From an uncultured delta proteobacterium (lineage in GTDB: Bacteria; Myxococcota; Myxococcia; Myxococcales; Anaeromyxobacteraceae): a stretch of DNA of 64,000 nt. The position numbers were made by a program, and so were the translations under genes. Positions 55,520 through 64,000 of the stretch are shown here, piece by piece; the first letter of the stretch is position 1; each line of letters starts with the position of its first letter. A model generated the notes under the pieces. The model had not been told where the DNA came from. It was given only the letters and a program-made list of their open reading frames with translations, and did not search any database. The stretch covers positions 32,001 to 96,000 of the forward strand of contig CAWFDF010000013.1 of assembly GCA_963814585.1 (NCBI GenBank). Direction: 5' to 3'.

Positions 55520-56275
55520 TCATGCCGGCGACTCGGGCCCGACCCGCAGCCCCAGCAGCCACTCGCGGTTGCCGGCCGGCCCCTGGATCGGGCTCTCGGC
55601 GTGGCCCACCACCTCGAAGCCGAGCCCCTGCGCCGCCTCGGACACCGCGTCGAGCGCCGCCAGCCGCTTCGAGTCCTCCCGCACCACGCCCCCCTTGCCG
55701 ACCTCGCCCTTCCCCACCTCGAACTGTGGCTTCACCAGGAGCAGCGCCCAGCCGCCCGGCCTCAGGATCGCCTTCACCGCCGGGAGGACGAGCCTGAGCG
55801 AGATGAAGGAGAGGTCGCCGACCACCAGGTCCACCCGCTCGCCCAGGGTCTCGGCGGTGAGCGCCCGGGCGTTCTGGCGCTCGCGCACCACCACGCGCGG
55901 ATCGCCCCGGATCCTGTCGTGGAGCTGGCCGTAGCCGACGTCGACGGCGTGGACCCGCGCCGCGCCGCGCTGGAGCAGGAGATCGGTGAACCCGCCGGTC
56001 GAGGCCCCCAGGTCCGCGCAGGTCAGCCCGGCGGGATCCACCGGGAAGACCTCCAGCGCCCTCTCCAGCTTGAGCGCGCCGCGCGAGACGTAGCGCTGCG
56101 GGGCCGCGCCCTCCTTGAGCCGCAGCGGCAGCGACTCGTCCACCAGCTGCCCGGGCTTGTCGACGCGCGCCTGGCCGGCCACCACGGCCCCGGCCATCAC
56201 CAGCGCCTGCGCCTTGGCGCGGGACTCGGCCAGGCCGCGCTCCACCAGCAGCAGGTCGATACGGCGCCTGGTCAG
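55520..56275 (-). CDS. tlyA: TlyA-family rRNA 2'-O-methyltransferase
   Basis: S4 domain RIDLLLVERGL, YVSRGALKL, DLGASTGGFTD, DLSFISL and KPQFE motifs; start appears to be CTG overlapping the dxs stop. Confidence 0.92.
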   Translation of the reverse strand: MTRRRIDLLLVERGLAESRAKAQALVMAGAVVAGQARVDKPGQLVDESLPLRLKEGAAPQRYVSRGALKLERALEVFPVDPAGLTCADLGASTGGFTDLLLQRGAARVHAVDVGYGQLHDRIRGDPRVVVRERQNARALTAETLGERVDLVVGDLSFISLRLVLPAVKAILRPGGWALLLVKPQFEVGKGEVGKGGVVREDSKRLAALDAVSEAAQGLGFEVVGHAESPIQGPAGNREWLLGLRVGPESPA

Positions 56276-58183
56276 GAGACGGCCCGCGCCTTCTTCTCCC
56301 CGAGCAGGGCCCGGCAGGCGGCCACGATGGCCGGCGCGTCGATGCCCGGCGTCGGCCCGCTGCCGCTGCTGCTCGGCGTGGGTGATGAAGCGGTCGGGGA
56401 TGCCGAGCCGCTTCACCTGCACGCCGCTCGCCACCAGCCCGTGGGCCTCGAAGGCCTCCAGGCAGGCGGCGCCGAAGCCGCCGGCCAGCGCGTTCTCCTC
56501 CACCGTCACCACCCGGCCGATGGAGGCCGCCTCGCCGCAGATCAGCGTCTCGTCGAGCGGCTTCACGAAGCGCGGGTCGATGACCCGGGCGTCGAGCCCG
56601 CCTCGAGCCAGCTCCTCGGCCGCCGCCAGGGCCGGGGCCAGCGTGGATCCGGCCGCGACCACCAGCACGTCGGGGTGGGCCCCGCCGGCGCGGACGACCC
56701 GCCCCTTGCCGACGGGCAGCACGGCCGGAGGCCGGTCGATGGACACCCCCAGCCCGGCCCCGCGCGGGAAGCGGAAGGCGCAAGGGCCAGGGTGCCTCAG
56801 CGAGGTGTGCAGCATGTCGCGCAGCTCCGACTCGTCGGAGGGCGCCATCACCACCAGGTTGGGGATGCAGCGCAGGTAGGAGAGGTCGAAGGCCCCCTGG
56901 TGCGTCTTGCCGTCGGCCCCCACCAGCCCGCCGCGGTCGAGCGCGAAGGTGACCGGCAGCTGCTGGAGCGCCACGTCGTGGATGATCTGGTCGTAGCCGC
57001 GCTGCAGGAAGGTCGAGTAGATGGCCACCACCGGCCGGATCCCCTCGCAGGCCAGGCCGGCGGCGAAGGTGACGGCGTGCTGCTCGGCGATGCCGACGTC
57101 GTAGGTCCGCTCCGGGAAGGCCTTCTTGCACTTGATGAGGCCGGTCCCCTCCAGCATGGCGGCGGTGATGGCCACCACCTTGTCGTCGGCCCTCATCTCC
57201 TCCACGAGCGCCTCGGCGAAGAGATCGGTGTAGGCCTTGGGCGCCGCCTTCTTCACCGACTTGCCGGTGGCCACGTCGAAGAAGGAGAGGCCATGGCCGC
57301 GCGTGGCCGGGTCGGACTCGGCCGGGTGATAGCCCTTCCCCTTCTGGGTGATGACGTGCAGCAGGACCGGGTCGCCGAAGACGGCCAGCTTCTGGAACGT
57401 CTCGACCAGCGCCGCCACGTCGTGACCGTCGGCCGGGCCGACGTAGTGGAAGCCGAGCCCCTCGAACATCACGCCCGGCGTCACCAGCGCCTTGGCGGCG
57501 ACGATGCCGTGGCGGATGGCGTCGATGGCCTCGTGCCCCTTGGGGAGCTTCTCGAGGAACTCCTTCACGCCCTTGCGCCAGCGGTTGTAGGTGCGCGAGG
57601 TGAACTTCTTGGAGAGCCATTCCCCCATGGCGCCGACGTTGGGCGAGATCGACATCTCGTTGTCGTTGAGGACGACGATGAGGTCGCGCTTCAGGTACCC
57701 GGCCTGGTTGAGCCCCTCGAACGCCTCGCCGCCGGTCATGGCGCCGTCCCCGAGCACCGCCACCACCTTGCCGGGCTGGCCGGTGAGGTGCTTGGCCTCG
57801 ACCATGCCGAGCGCCGCGGAGATGGCCGTGGAGGCGTGCCCCACGCCGAAGGCGTCGTGCTCCGACTCGTGCCGCTCCGGGAAGCCGGCCAGCCCGCCCT
57901 CGGTCCGGATGGTGCGGAAGCGGTCGCGCCGGCCGGTCAGCAGCTTGTGGGCGTAGGCCTGGTGGCCGACGTCCCAGACCAGCTTGTCGGTCGGCGAGGA
58001 GAAGACGTAGTGGAGGGCCACGTTGAGCTCCACCGCCCCGAGCGAGGAGCCGAGGTGGCCGCCGTTGGCGGCGCAGGTCTCGATGATCTCCTCGCGGATC
58101 TCGGCGCAGAGCGCCGGCAGGTCGCCGACGGAGAGCCTCTTCAGGTCCGCGGGCGAGTCGATCGCGTCGAGCAGGTGGCCCAT
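56272..58183 (-). CDS. dxs: 1-deoxy-D-xylulose-5-phosphate synthase (frameshift near 56345)
   Basis: GGHLGSSLG, WDVGHQAY, GDGAMTGG, DVGIAEQH, YSTFLQR and DGKTHQG motifs; natural end GIDAPAIV..KARAVS* lies in a shifted frame. Confidence 0.95.
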
Positions 58184-58197
58184 GATCGTCTCCTCCT

Positions 58198-59079
58198 TCA
58201 CTTCTTGCGGTCGATGACGTAACTGGCCAGCGCGCGCAGCGCAGCGGCGCGCGGGCCGAGGGGTGAGAGGGCCCCGAGGGCCTGAGCCAGCAGCGCCTCG
58301 GCGCGGGCCCGGGCGGCGTCGGGGCCGAGGAGCGAGGGGAGCGTGGCCTTGCCGGCGGCCGCGTCCTTGCCGGCCCGCTTGCCCAGCGTGGCGGTGTCGG
58401 CGGTGAGGTCGAGCAGGTCGTCGGCGACCTGGAAGGCGAGCCCGAGCTTCAGCCCGATCGGGTAGACGGCGGCCGCGGTGGCGCCGGCGCACTGCGCCCC
58501 TCCGGCGACCGAGGCGGCCAGCAGCGCCCCGGTCTTGGTGCGCATCAGCTCCAGCACCTCGGCCTCGGCGAGCGGCCGGTGCTCGGCCTCGATGTCCCGC
58601 TGCTGCCCTTCCACCATGAGGAGCGCGCTGTCGGCCAGCAGCCGTGCCAGCGCCCCGGCGCCCGGCTCGGGCGCGGCCAGCAGGTGGGCGAAGGCCAGCG
58701 ACTGGAGCCCGTCCCCCACCAGCACCGCCGTCGCCTCGTCGAAGGCCACGTGGACGGTGGCCCGGCCCCTGCGCAGGTCGTCGTCGTCCATGGCCGGCAG
58801 GTCGTCGTGGACCAGGGAGTAGGTGTGGATGCACTCCATCGCCAGCGCATAGCGAAAGGCCAGGGAGCCGTCGGCGACGTCGCCGCCGTGGGCCTCGCAG
58901 GCCGCCAGCACCAGCGCAGGCCGGAGCCGCTTCCCGCCGCCGAGCAGCGCGTAGGTCATGCCGTCCACCAGCCGGCCCGGGGCCACCCCGCGGCGCGACT
59001 CGGCGAGCGCCATGAGGCCGGCCTCCACGCGCGAGGAGACCGACCGCAGGTAGGGCTCGATGGCGAATGGCTCGCTCAC
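58198..59079 (-). CDS. ispA: Polyprenyl (farnesyl) diphosphate synthase
   Basis: GGKRLRP, HDDLPAMDDDDLRRG, KTGAL and FQVADDLLD motifs; upstream of dxs. Confidence 0.93.
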   Translation of the reverse strand: MSEPFAIEPYLRSVSSRVEAGLMALAESRRGVAPGRLVDGMTYALLGGGKRLRPALVLAACEAHGGDVADGSLAFRYALAMECIHTYSLVHDDLPAMDDDDLRRGRATVHVAFDEATAVLVGDGLQSLAFAHLLAAPEPGAGALARLLADSALLMVEGQQRDIEAEHRPLAEAEVLELMRTKTGALLAASVAGGAQCAGATAAAVYPIGLKLGLAFQVADDLLDLTADTATLGKRAGKDAAAGKATLPSLLGPDAARARAEALLAQALGALSPLGPRAAALRALASYVIDRKK

Positions 59080-59292
59080 GTAGGGGGCCTTCTAGCATGC
59101 CCCGGGCCCGGCTTCACGCCGCCTGGTGGGGCAACCGTGGGAGCCCGGCGCCGGGAGGAGCTCGACCAGGCACCTGACCGCCGGGCACGACCGTGCCGGG
59201 CGCGGGACGGGCGCCGCAGGCGGGCCGCCAGCGCGTGCCGTGGCTACGGATTCCGGCGGCGATGGACTAACGTCCGGCCCTGGGGACCCGCC

Positions 59293-60180
59293 ATGATCTC
59301 GTTCCTCGTCTGCTCCATCAATCCGGACCTCGCCGCCGCCCTGAGGGAGAACCTCGCCGCCACCGCGGGCGTCGAGCACGAGCTGCTGGTCCACGACAAC
59401 CGGGCGCCCCACTGGGGCCTGTCGCGCGTCTACAACGACCTCGCCGGGCGGGCCGCCTTCCCGCTCCTCTGCTTCGTCCACGAGGACGTCCGCTTCCGCT
59501 CCCCGCCCGGCTGGGGGCGCGAGCTCGCGGCCTTCTTCGCGAGCCACCCAGGGGCCGGCGTGGTCGGCTTCGCCGGCTCGCAGGTCAAGAGCCGGACCCT
59601 CTCCGGCTGGCATGGCCTGCCGGCCCACACCAGGCAGCACGTCCTGCAGCACGACCGCCGCGGCCGGGTGCGGGCGATCGGCCGCAACCCGGCCGGAGAG
59701 CCCTACTCCCGCGTGGCCGTCGTCGACGGGCTCTGCCTCCTGGCACTGCGCGAGGTCTGGAGGGTCCACCGCTTCGACGAGGTGGCCTTCCCGGGGTTCC
59801 ACTTCTACGACCTCGACTTCTGCACGCAGGTGGCGCAGTCGCGGGCCAACTACGTGTGCCACACGGTGTGGCCGGAGCACTTCTCGGCGGGCTCGTTCGG
59901 CGAGGCGTGGCGGATCGCGGCGGAGGCCTACCATCGGAAGTGGTCGGAGCAGCTCCCCATCCACTGCGGGTCGCTGACCCCGGCGGAGCTGGAGCGCTGC
60001 GAGGCCTACAGCGCCTACCGGTCGCTGCGCGAGCTGCTCCGGGACCCCGGGGCCGGGATCGGCCGGCTGGCGCAGGCCCGGGCCGACTACCGGGCCCACG
60101 CCCGCCCCGGCTACGATCTCCGGCTGGTGCCGCACCGGCTCCGCTTCGCCTGGCGACGGCTCAGGGCGCCCGGGCGGTAG
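59293..60180 (+). CDS. Glycosyltransferase (GT-A fold, family 2-like)
   Basis: MISFLVCS, CFVHEDV, VDGLCL and FHFYDLD motifs. Confidence 0.82.
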   Translation: MISFLVCSINPDLAAALRENLAATAGVEHELLVHDNRAPHWGLSRVYNDLAGRAAFPLLCFVHEDVRFRSPPGWGRELAAFFASHPGAGVVGFAGSQVKSRTLSGWHGLPAHTRQHVLQHDRRGRVRAIGRNPAGEPYSRVAVVDGLCLLALREVWRVHRFDEVAFPGFHFYDLDFCTQVAQSRANYVCHTVWPEHFSAGSFGEAWRIAAEAYHRKWSEQLPIHCGSLTPAELERCEAYSAYRSLRELLRDPGAGIGRLAQARADYRAHARPGYDLRLVPHRLRFAWRRLRAPGR

Positions 60181-60988
60181 GCGCGGCGGCCAGGGCCGCC
60201 GCCACGTGCGGCTCCCAGAACCCGAGGTGGCGCCCCTTGTACCAGCCGTGCGCGGCCATGGGCAGGCGGCCGCCGGCCAGCTTGAAGAGCCGATCCGGGT
60301 TGATGTCCCAGGAGAAGCTCAGCGCCTCGGCGACCTGCGGCGTCCGGTGGGCGTGACCCTTCTTGGCCGGCTCGATGCTCCAGAAGATGTCCTCGTGGAA
60401 GTGGTGCGTGCCCTGGTTGCGCAGGTAGTGCTCGATGGCGTCCCTCATCTCCACGCTGAGCCGGTGGTGGGTCTCGACCCGGCGCAGCGAGAAGCCGCCG
60501 TTGCCGACCCGGTTGCGGGTCTCGTAGCGGTAGACCTTGTCCTGCGTCCCCAGGAAGAGCTTGCTCAGCCCCATCTTGAGCTGGTGGATGCGTACGCTCA
60601 CGTCGGTCTTGGAGACCCACGGCGCGCCCACGTAGTCGTAGCCACGCGCGACCCAGCTGGCCAGCTCGTCGCGGAAGACGAAGACGTCGAGCTGGCAGAT
60701 CAGCAGGTAGGCGCTGCCGAGGAACCGCTCGTAGAAGCCGGTGGAGAGGAGCAGCCGGTTGTATCCCTGGACGGACGTGAAGTACCCGGGGTCGAAGGCC
60801 TCCACCGCCTGGAAGGGGAAGCGCGCCTCGATGGCGGCGGTGTCGAGCCCGGCCGGCTTCACCATCACCAGGTGGTGCGTCCCCAGCACCCGGAACGCGC
60901 TCTCCAGCGAGATGGTCTCGTTGGCGTCGAGGAAGCCCCGGTAGACGGGCACCACGACGGAGAGCTGTTCGGCGGGGAGCCCGGGCAT
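60161..60988 (-). CDS. DUF5672-like putative glycosyltransferase-related protein
   Basis: [34 protein letters not shown] and EDIFW motifs. Confidence 0.8.
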   Translation of the reverse strand: MPGLPAEQLSVVVPVYRGFLDANETISLESAFRVLGTHHLVMVKPAGLDTAAIEARFPFQAVEAFDPGYFTSVQGYNRLLLSTGFYERFLGSAYLLICQLDVFVFRDELASWVARGYDYVGAPWVSKTDVSVRIHQLKMGLSKLFLGTQDKVYRYETRNRVGNGGFSLRRVETHHRLSVEMRDAIEHYLRNQGTHHFHEDIFWSIEPAKKGHAHRTPQVAEALSFSWDINPDRLFKLAGGRLPMAAHGWYKGRHLGFWEPHVAAALAAAPTARAP

Positions 60989-61058
60989 GCCGTCCACAAC
61001 CTACCCAATGCCGGCGTTTGCCGCCAACCGGCCCGCCATTCTGCTACAAGAGGCGGCC

Positions 61059-61946
61059 ATGACCTCCACGCGCAAGGGCATCATCCTCGCCGGCGGCGCG
61101 GGCACCCGGCTCTACCCCGCGACCCTGGCCGTCTCGAAGCAGCTCCTGCCGGTCTTCGACAAGCCCATGATCTACTACCCGCTCACCGCGCTCATGCTGG
61201 CGGGGATCCGCGAGGTGCTGATCATCTCGACGCCCCAGGACACCCCCCGCTTCGAGGCCCTGCTGGGCGACGGCAGCGCCTGGGGGATGCGCTTCGAGTA
61301 CACCGTCCAGCCCAGCCCCGACGGCCTGGCCCAGGCCTTCATCCTCGGCGCCGGCTTCGTGAAGGGTGGGCCGTCGGCGCTGGTGCTGGGCGACAACATC
61401 TACTACGGGCACGAGTTCCAGCAGATCCTCAAGGCCGCCGATGCGCGCCGCCAGGGGGCCACCGTCTTCGCCTATGCCGTGCACGACCCGGAGCGGTACG
61501 GCGTGGTGGAGTTCGACGCCGGCAGGAAGGTGCTCTCCATCGAGGAGAAGCCCGCCAGGCCGCGGTCGCGCTACGCGGTCACCGGCCTCTACTTCTACGA
61601 CGAGGCGGTGGTGGAGCTGGCCCGGCAGGTGAAGCCCTCGGCCCGCGGCGAGCTGGAGATCACCGACCTCAACCGGCTCTACCTGGAGCGGAAGCAGCTC
61701 ACCGTGGAGATCATGGGGCGCGGCTATGCCTGGCTCGACACCGGCACGCACGAGTCGCTCCTCGAGGCCGGGCAGTTCGTGGCCACCATCGAGAAGCGGC
61801 AGGGGCTCAAGATCGCCTGCCCCGAGGAGGTGGCCTGGCGGCAGGGCTGGATCGACGACGCCGCGCTGGAGCGCTGCGCCGCTTCGCTGGGCAAGTCGAC
61901 CTACGGCCACTACGTCCGCGGCCTGCTCGAGTCCCGGGTCTTCTGA
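61059..61946 (+). CDS. rfbA: Glucose-1-phosphate thymidylyltransferase
   Basis: [32 protein letters not shown] and WLDTGT motifs. Confidence 0.97.
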   Translation: MTSTRKGIILAGGAGTRLYPATLAVSKQLLPVFDKPMIYYPLTALMLAGIREVLIISTPQDTPRFEALLGDGSAWGMRFEYTVQPSPDGLAQAFILGAGFVKGGPSALVLGDNIYYGHEFQQILKAADARRQGATVFAYAVHDPERYGVVEFDAGRKVLSIEEKPARPRSRYAVTGLYFYDEAVVELARQVKPSARGELEITDLNRLYLERKQLTVEIMGRGYAWLDTGTHESLLEAGQFVATIEKRQGLKIACPEEVAWRQGWIDDAALERCAASLGKSTYGHYVRGLLESRVF

Positions 61947-62509
61947 TGAAGGCGCACCCCACCGCCCTGCCCGGCGTCTTCGTGGTGGAGCCGGCCGTCT
62001 TCGGCGACGAACGCGGCTACTTCTACGAGAGCTACAACCAGCGGAAGCTGGAGGCGGCCCTGGGCCGGCCGCTCCACTTCGTACAGGACAACCACAGCCG
62101 CTCGGCGCGCGGGGTGCTGCGCGGCCTCCACTACCAGCTGCCCAGGCCGCAGGGGAAGCTGGTGCGGGTGGTCCACGGCCAGGTCTTCGACGTGGCGGTC
62201 GACCTGCGGGCCGGCTCGGCGACGCGCGGCCGCTGGCTGGGCGAGGTGCTCTCCGCCGAGAACCGGCGGCAGCTCTGGATCCCGGAGGGCTTCGCGCACG
62301 GCTTCCTCGTCCTCTCCGAGGAGGCCGAGTTCCTCTACAAGACCACCGACTACTACGCCCCCGAGCACGAGCGCTGCATCCGCTGGGACGATCCCGCCCT
62401 GGGCATCTCCTGGCCCTCGGTCGGGTCCTCTCCGCGGGTCTCTGCCAAGGACGCCCGTGGGCTGCTCCTGGCCGAGGCGCCCATGTTCGACGAGTTCGTC
62501 TCCACATGA
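61946..62509 (+). CDS. rfbC: dTDP-4-dehydrorhamnose 3,5-epimerase
   Basis: FGDERGYF, VQDNHS, GVLRGLHYQ and GFAHGF motifs. Confidence 0.96.
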   Translation: MKAHPTALPGVFVVEPAVFGDERGYFYESYNQRKLEAALGRPLHFVQDNHSRSARGVLRGLHYQLPRPQGKLVRVVHGQVFDVAVDLRAGSATRGRWLGEVLSAENRRQLWIPEGFAHGFLVLSEEAEFLYKTTDYYAPEHERCIRWDDPALGISWPSVGSSPRVSAKDARGLLLAEAPMFDEFVST

Positions 62510-63153
62510 GGGTCGTGATCTGGGGCGCTTCGGGGCACGCCCGGGTCGTCGCCGACGCCCTGGCGCTGGGCGGCGCCCACCAGCTGGTCGGCTTCCTCGA
62601 CGACGTCAACCCGGAGCGGAGGGGTTCCACCTTCTGCGACCTGCCGGTGCTCGGCGGCCGGGAGGCGCTTCCCCCGCTCCGCTCCTCCGGCGTCGAAGGC
62701 CTGATCCTCGGCTTCGGGAACTGCGCGGCCCGGCTCAGGCTGGCGCCCGAGGTGCGGCGGCTCGGCTTCCAGCTGGTCACCGCCATCCACCCCGGCGCCG
62801 TGGTGGCCCGTGACGCGATCATCGGGCCGGGCACCGTGGTGGCCGCGGGCGCCGTGATCAACCCGGCCGCCCGCATCGGGGAGAACGTCATCGTCAACAC
62901 CTCGGCCTCCGTGGACCACGACGCCGTCGTGGAGGACGGGGTCCACCTCTGCCCCGGCGCCCGGCTGGGCGGCCTGGTCCACGTCGAGGCCGGCGCCTGG
63001 GTCGGCATCGGCTCGACCATCGTCGACCGGGTGCGGATCGGCGCGCGCTCCATGCTGGGCGCGGGCTCGGTGGTGGTGGCCGACATCCCCCCCGACGTCC
63101 TCGCCTACGGCGTGCCGGCCCGGGTCGTCAAGGAGATCACCCACCATGGCTGA
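62506..63153 (+). CDS. Sugar acetyltransferase (PglD/NeuD-like, hexapeptide repeats)
   Basis: IWGASGHARVV, IVNTSASVDHD and GVPAR motifs. Confidence 0.9.
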   Translation: MRVVIWGASGHARVVADALALGGAHQLVGFLDDVNPERRGSTFCDLPVLGGREALPPLRSSGVEGLILGFGNCAARLRLAPEVRRLGFQLVTAIHPGAVVARDAIIGPGTVVAAGAVINPAARIGENVIVNTSASVDHDAVVEDGVHLCPGARLGGLVHVEAGAWVGIGSTIVDRVRIGARSMLGAGSVVVADIPPDVLAYGVPARVVKEITHHG

Positions 63154-64000
63154 GAAGCAGCGGCTCGAGGACCTGGCGCTGTTCGGCGGGACCCCGGCCT
63201 TCGCCAGCGGCCTCTTCGTGGGGCGGCCCAACATCGGCGACCGGGCCGTGCTCCATGCCCGCCTGGACGACATCCTCGACCGTCGCTGGCTGACCAACAA
63301 CGGCCGCTACGTCCAGGAGCTGGAGCAGCGACTGGCGGCCCGCCTCGGCGTCAAGCACTGCATCGCCATGTGCAACGGGACGGTGGCGCTGGAGATCGCC
63401 ATCCGTGCGCTGGACCTGGCCGGCGAGGTCATCCTCCCCTCCTTCACCTTCGTGGCCACCGCCCACGCCCTGCAGTGGCAGCAGATCACCCCGGTCTTCT
63501 GCGACATCGATCCGGCCACGCACAACATCGATCCCCGGCGCGTCGAGGCGCTGATCACCCCCCGCACCACCGCGATCATCGGCGTCCATCTCTGGGGACG
63601 GCCCTGCCCGATCGAGGCGCTCGAGGAGATCGCCCGCCGGCGCGGCCTGAAGCTGCTCTTCGACGCGGCCCACGCCTTCGGCTGCAGCGCCGGCGGCCGC
63701 AGCATCGGCGGCTTCGGGCACGCCGAGGTGTTCAGCTTCCACGCCACCAAGTTCTTCAACACCTTCGAGGGCGGGGCGGTCGCCACCGACGACGACGAGC
63801 TGGCCGCGCGCGTCCGGCTCATGAAGAACTTCGGCTTCGCCGGCTTCGACAACGTGATCCACGTGGGCACCAACGGCAAGATGTCCGAGGTGTCGGCGGC
63901 CATGGGCCTGACCTCGCTCGAGGCCATGGACGGGTTCATCGCGCGGAACAAGGAGAACCACGCCCGCTACAGCGCCGCGCTGTCGGGCCTCCCCGGCCTG
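63146..64000 (+). CDS. DegT/DnrJ/EryC1/StrS sugar aminotransferase (VioA/DesI-like), cut by window edge
   Basis: Manual translation MAEKQRLEDLALFGG..VGRPNIG..WLTNNG..PSFTFVAT..DAAHAFG..SFHATK..EGG. Confidence 0.92.
   Translation, partial: MAEKQRLEDLALFGGTPAFASGLFVGRPNIGDRAVLHARLDDILDRRWLTNNGRYVQELEQRLAARLGVKHCIAMCNGTVALEIAIRALDLAGEVILPSFTFVATAHALQWQQITPVFCDIDPATHNIDPRRVEALITPRTTAIIGVHLWGRPCPIEALEEIARRRGLKLLFDAAHAFGCSAGGRSIGGFGHAEVFSFHATKFFNTFEGGAVATDDDELAARVRLMKNFGFAGFDNVIHVGTNGKMSEVSAAMGLTSLEAMDGFIARNKENHARYSAALSGLPGL

Noticed and set aside
55520..59098. 1192-aa ORF that looks like a Dxs-TlyA fusion
   Set aside because: Explained by one extra base near 56345 plus a spurious 5' extension; the normal Dxs C-terminus is present in the shifted frame.

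Overview
Very GC-rich, densely coding bacterial chromosome segment. Gene content and order (clpS-clpA, a VegA-like protein, rimP-nusA-ylxR-infB-DUF503-rbfA-truB-rpsO-pnp-dut-purB, ispA-dxs-tlyA, sigma54 regulation) suggest a Myxococcota, Anaeromyxobacter-like organism; this is an inference and no search was run. I can support about 64 protein-coding genes, mostly housekeeping, with accessory genes between them and the start of a dTDP-sugar locus at the right end. I saw no rRNA, tRNA, CRISPR array, transposase or prophage. Five genes (purB, dut, pnp, dxs and a beta-barrel gene) carry single-base frameshifts, most likely assembly errors. The most interesting signals are: (1) two diverged copies of a 120-170 nt palindromic element with purine-rich internal loops and three compensatory base changes (43923-44044 and 53649-53817); (2) a signal-peptide-bearing, metallothionein-like 77-aa protein whose -35 box is overlapped by a TTGAC-N4-GTCAA palindrome; (3) a GAF sigma54-activator/hemerythrin/YwiC module with a clear -24/-12 promoter; (4) a translationally coupled APH-like kinase plus APS-kinase pair; (5) a J-domain/zinc-ribbon protein; (6) many apparently leaderless genes and a possible CTG start for tlyA.
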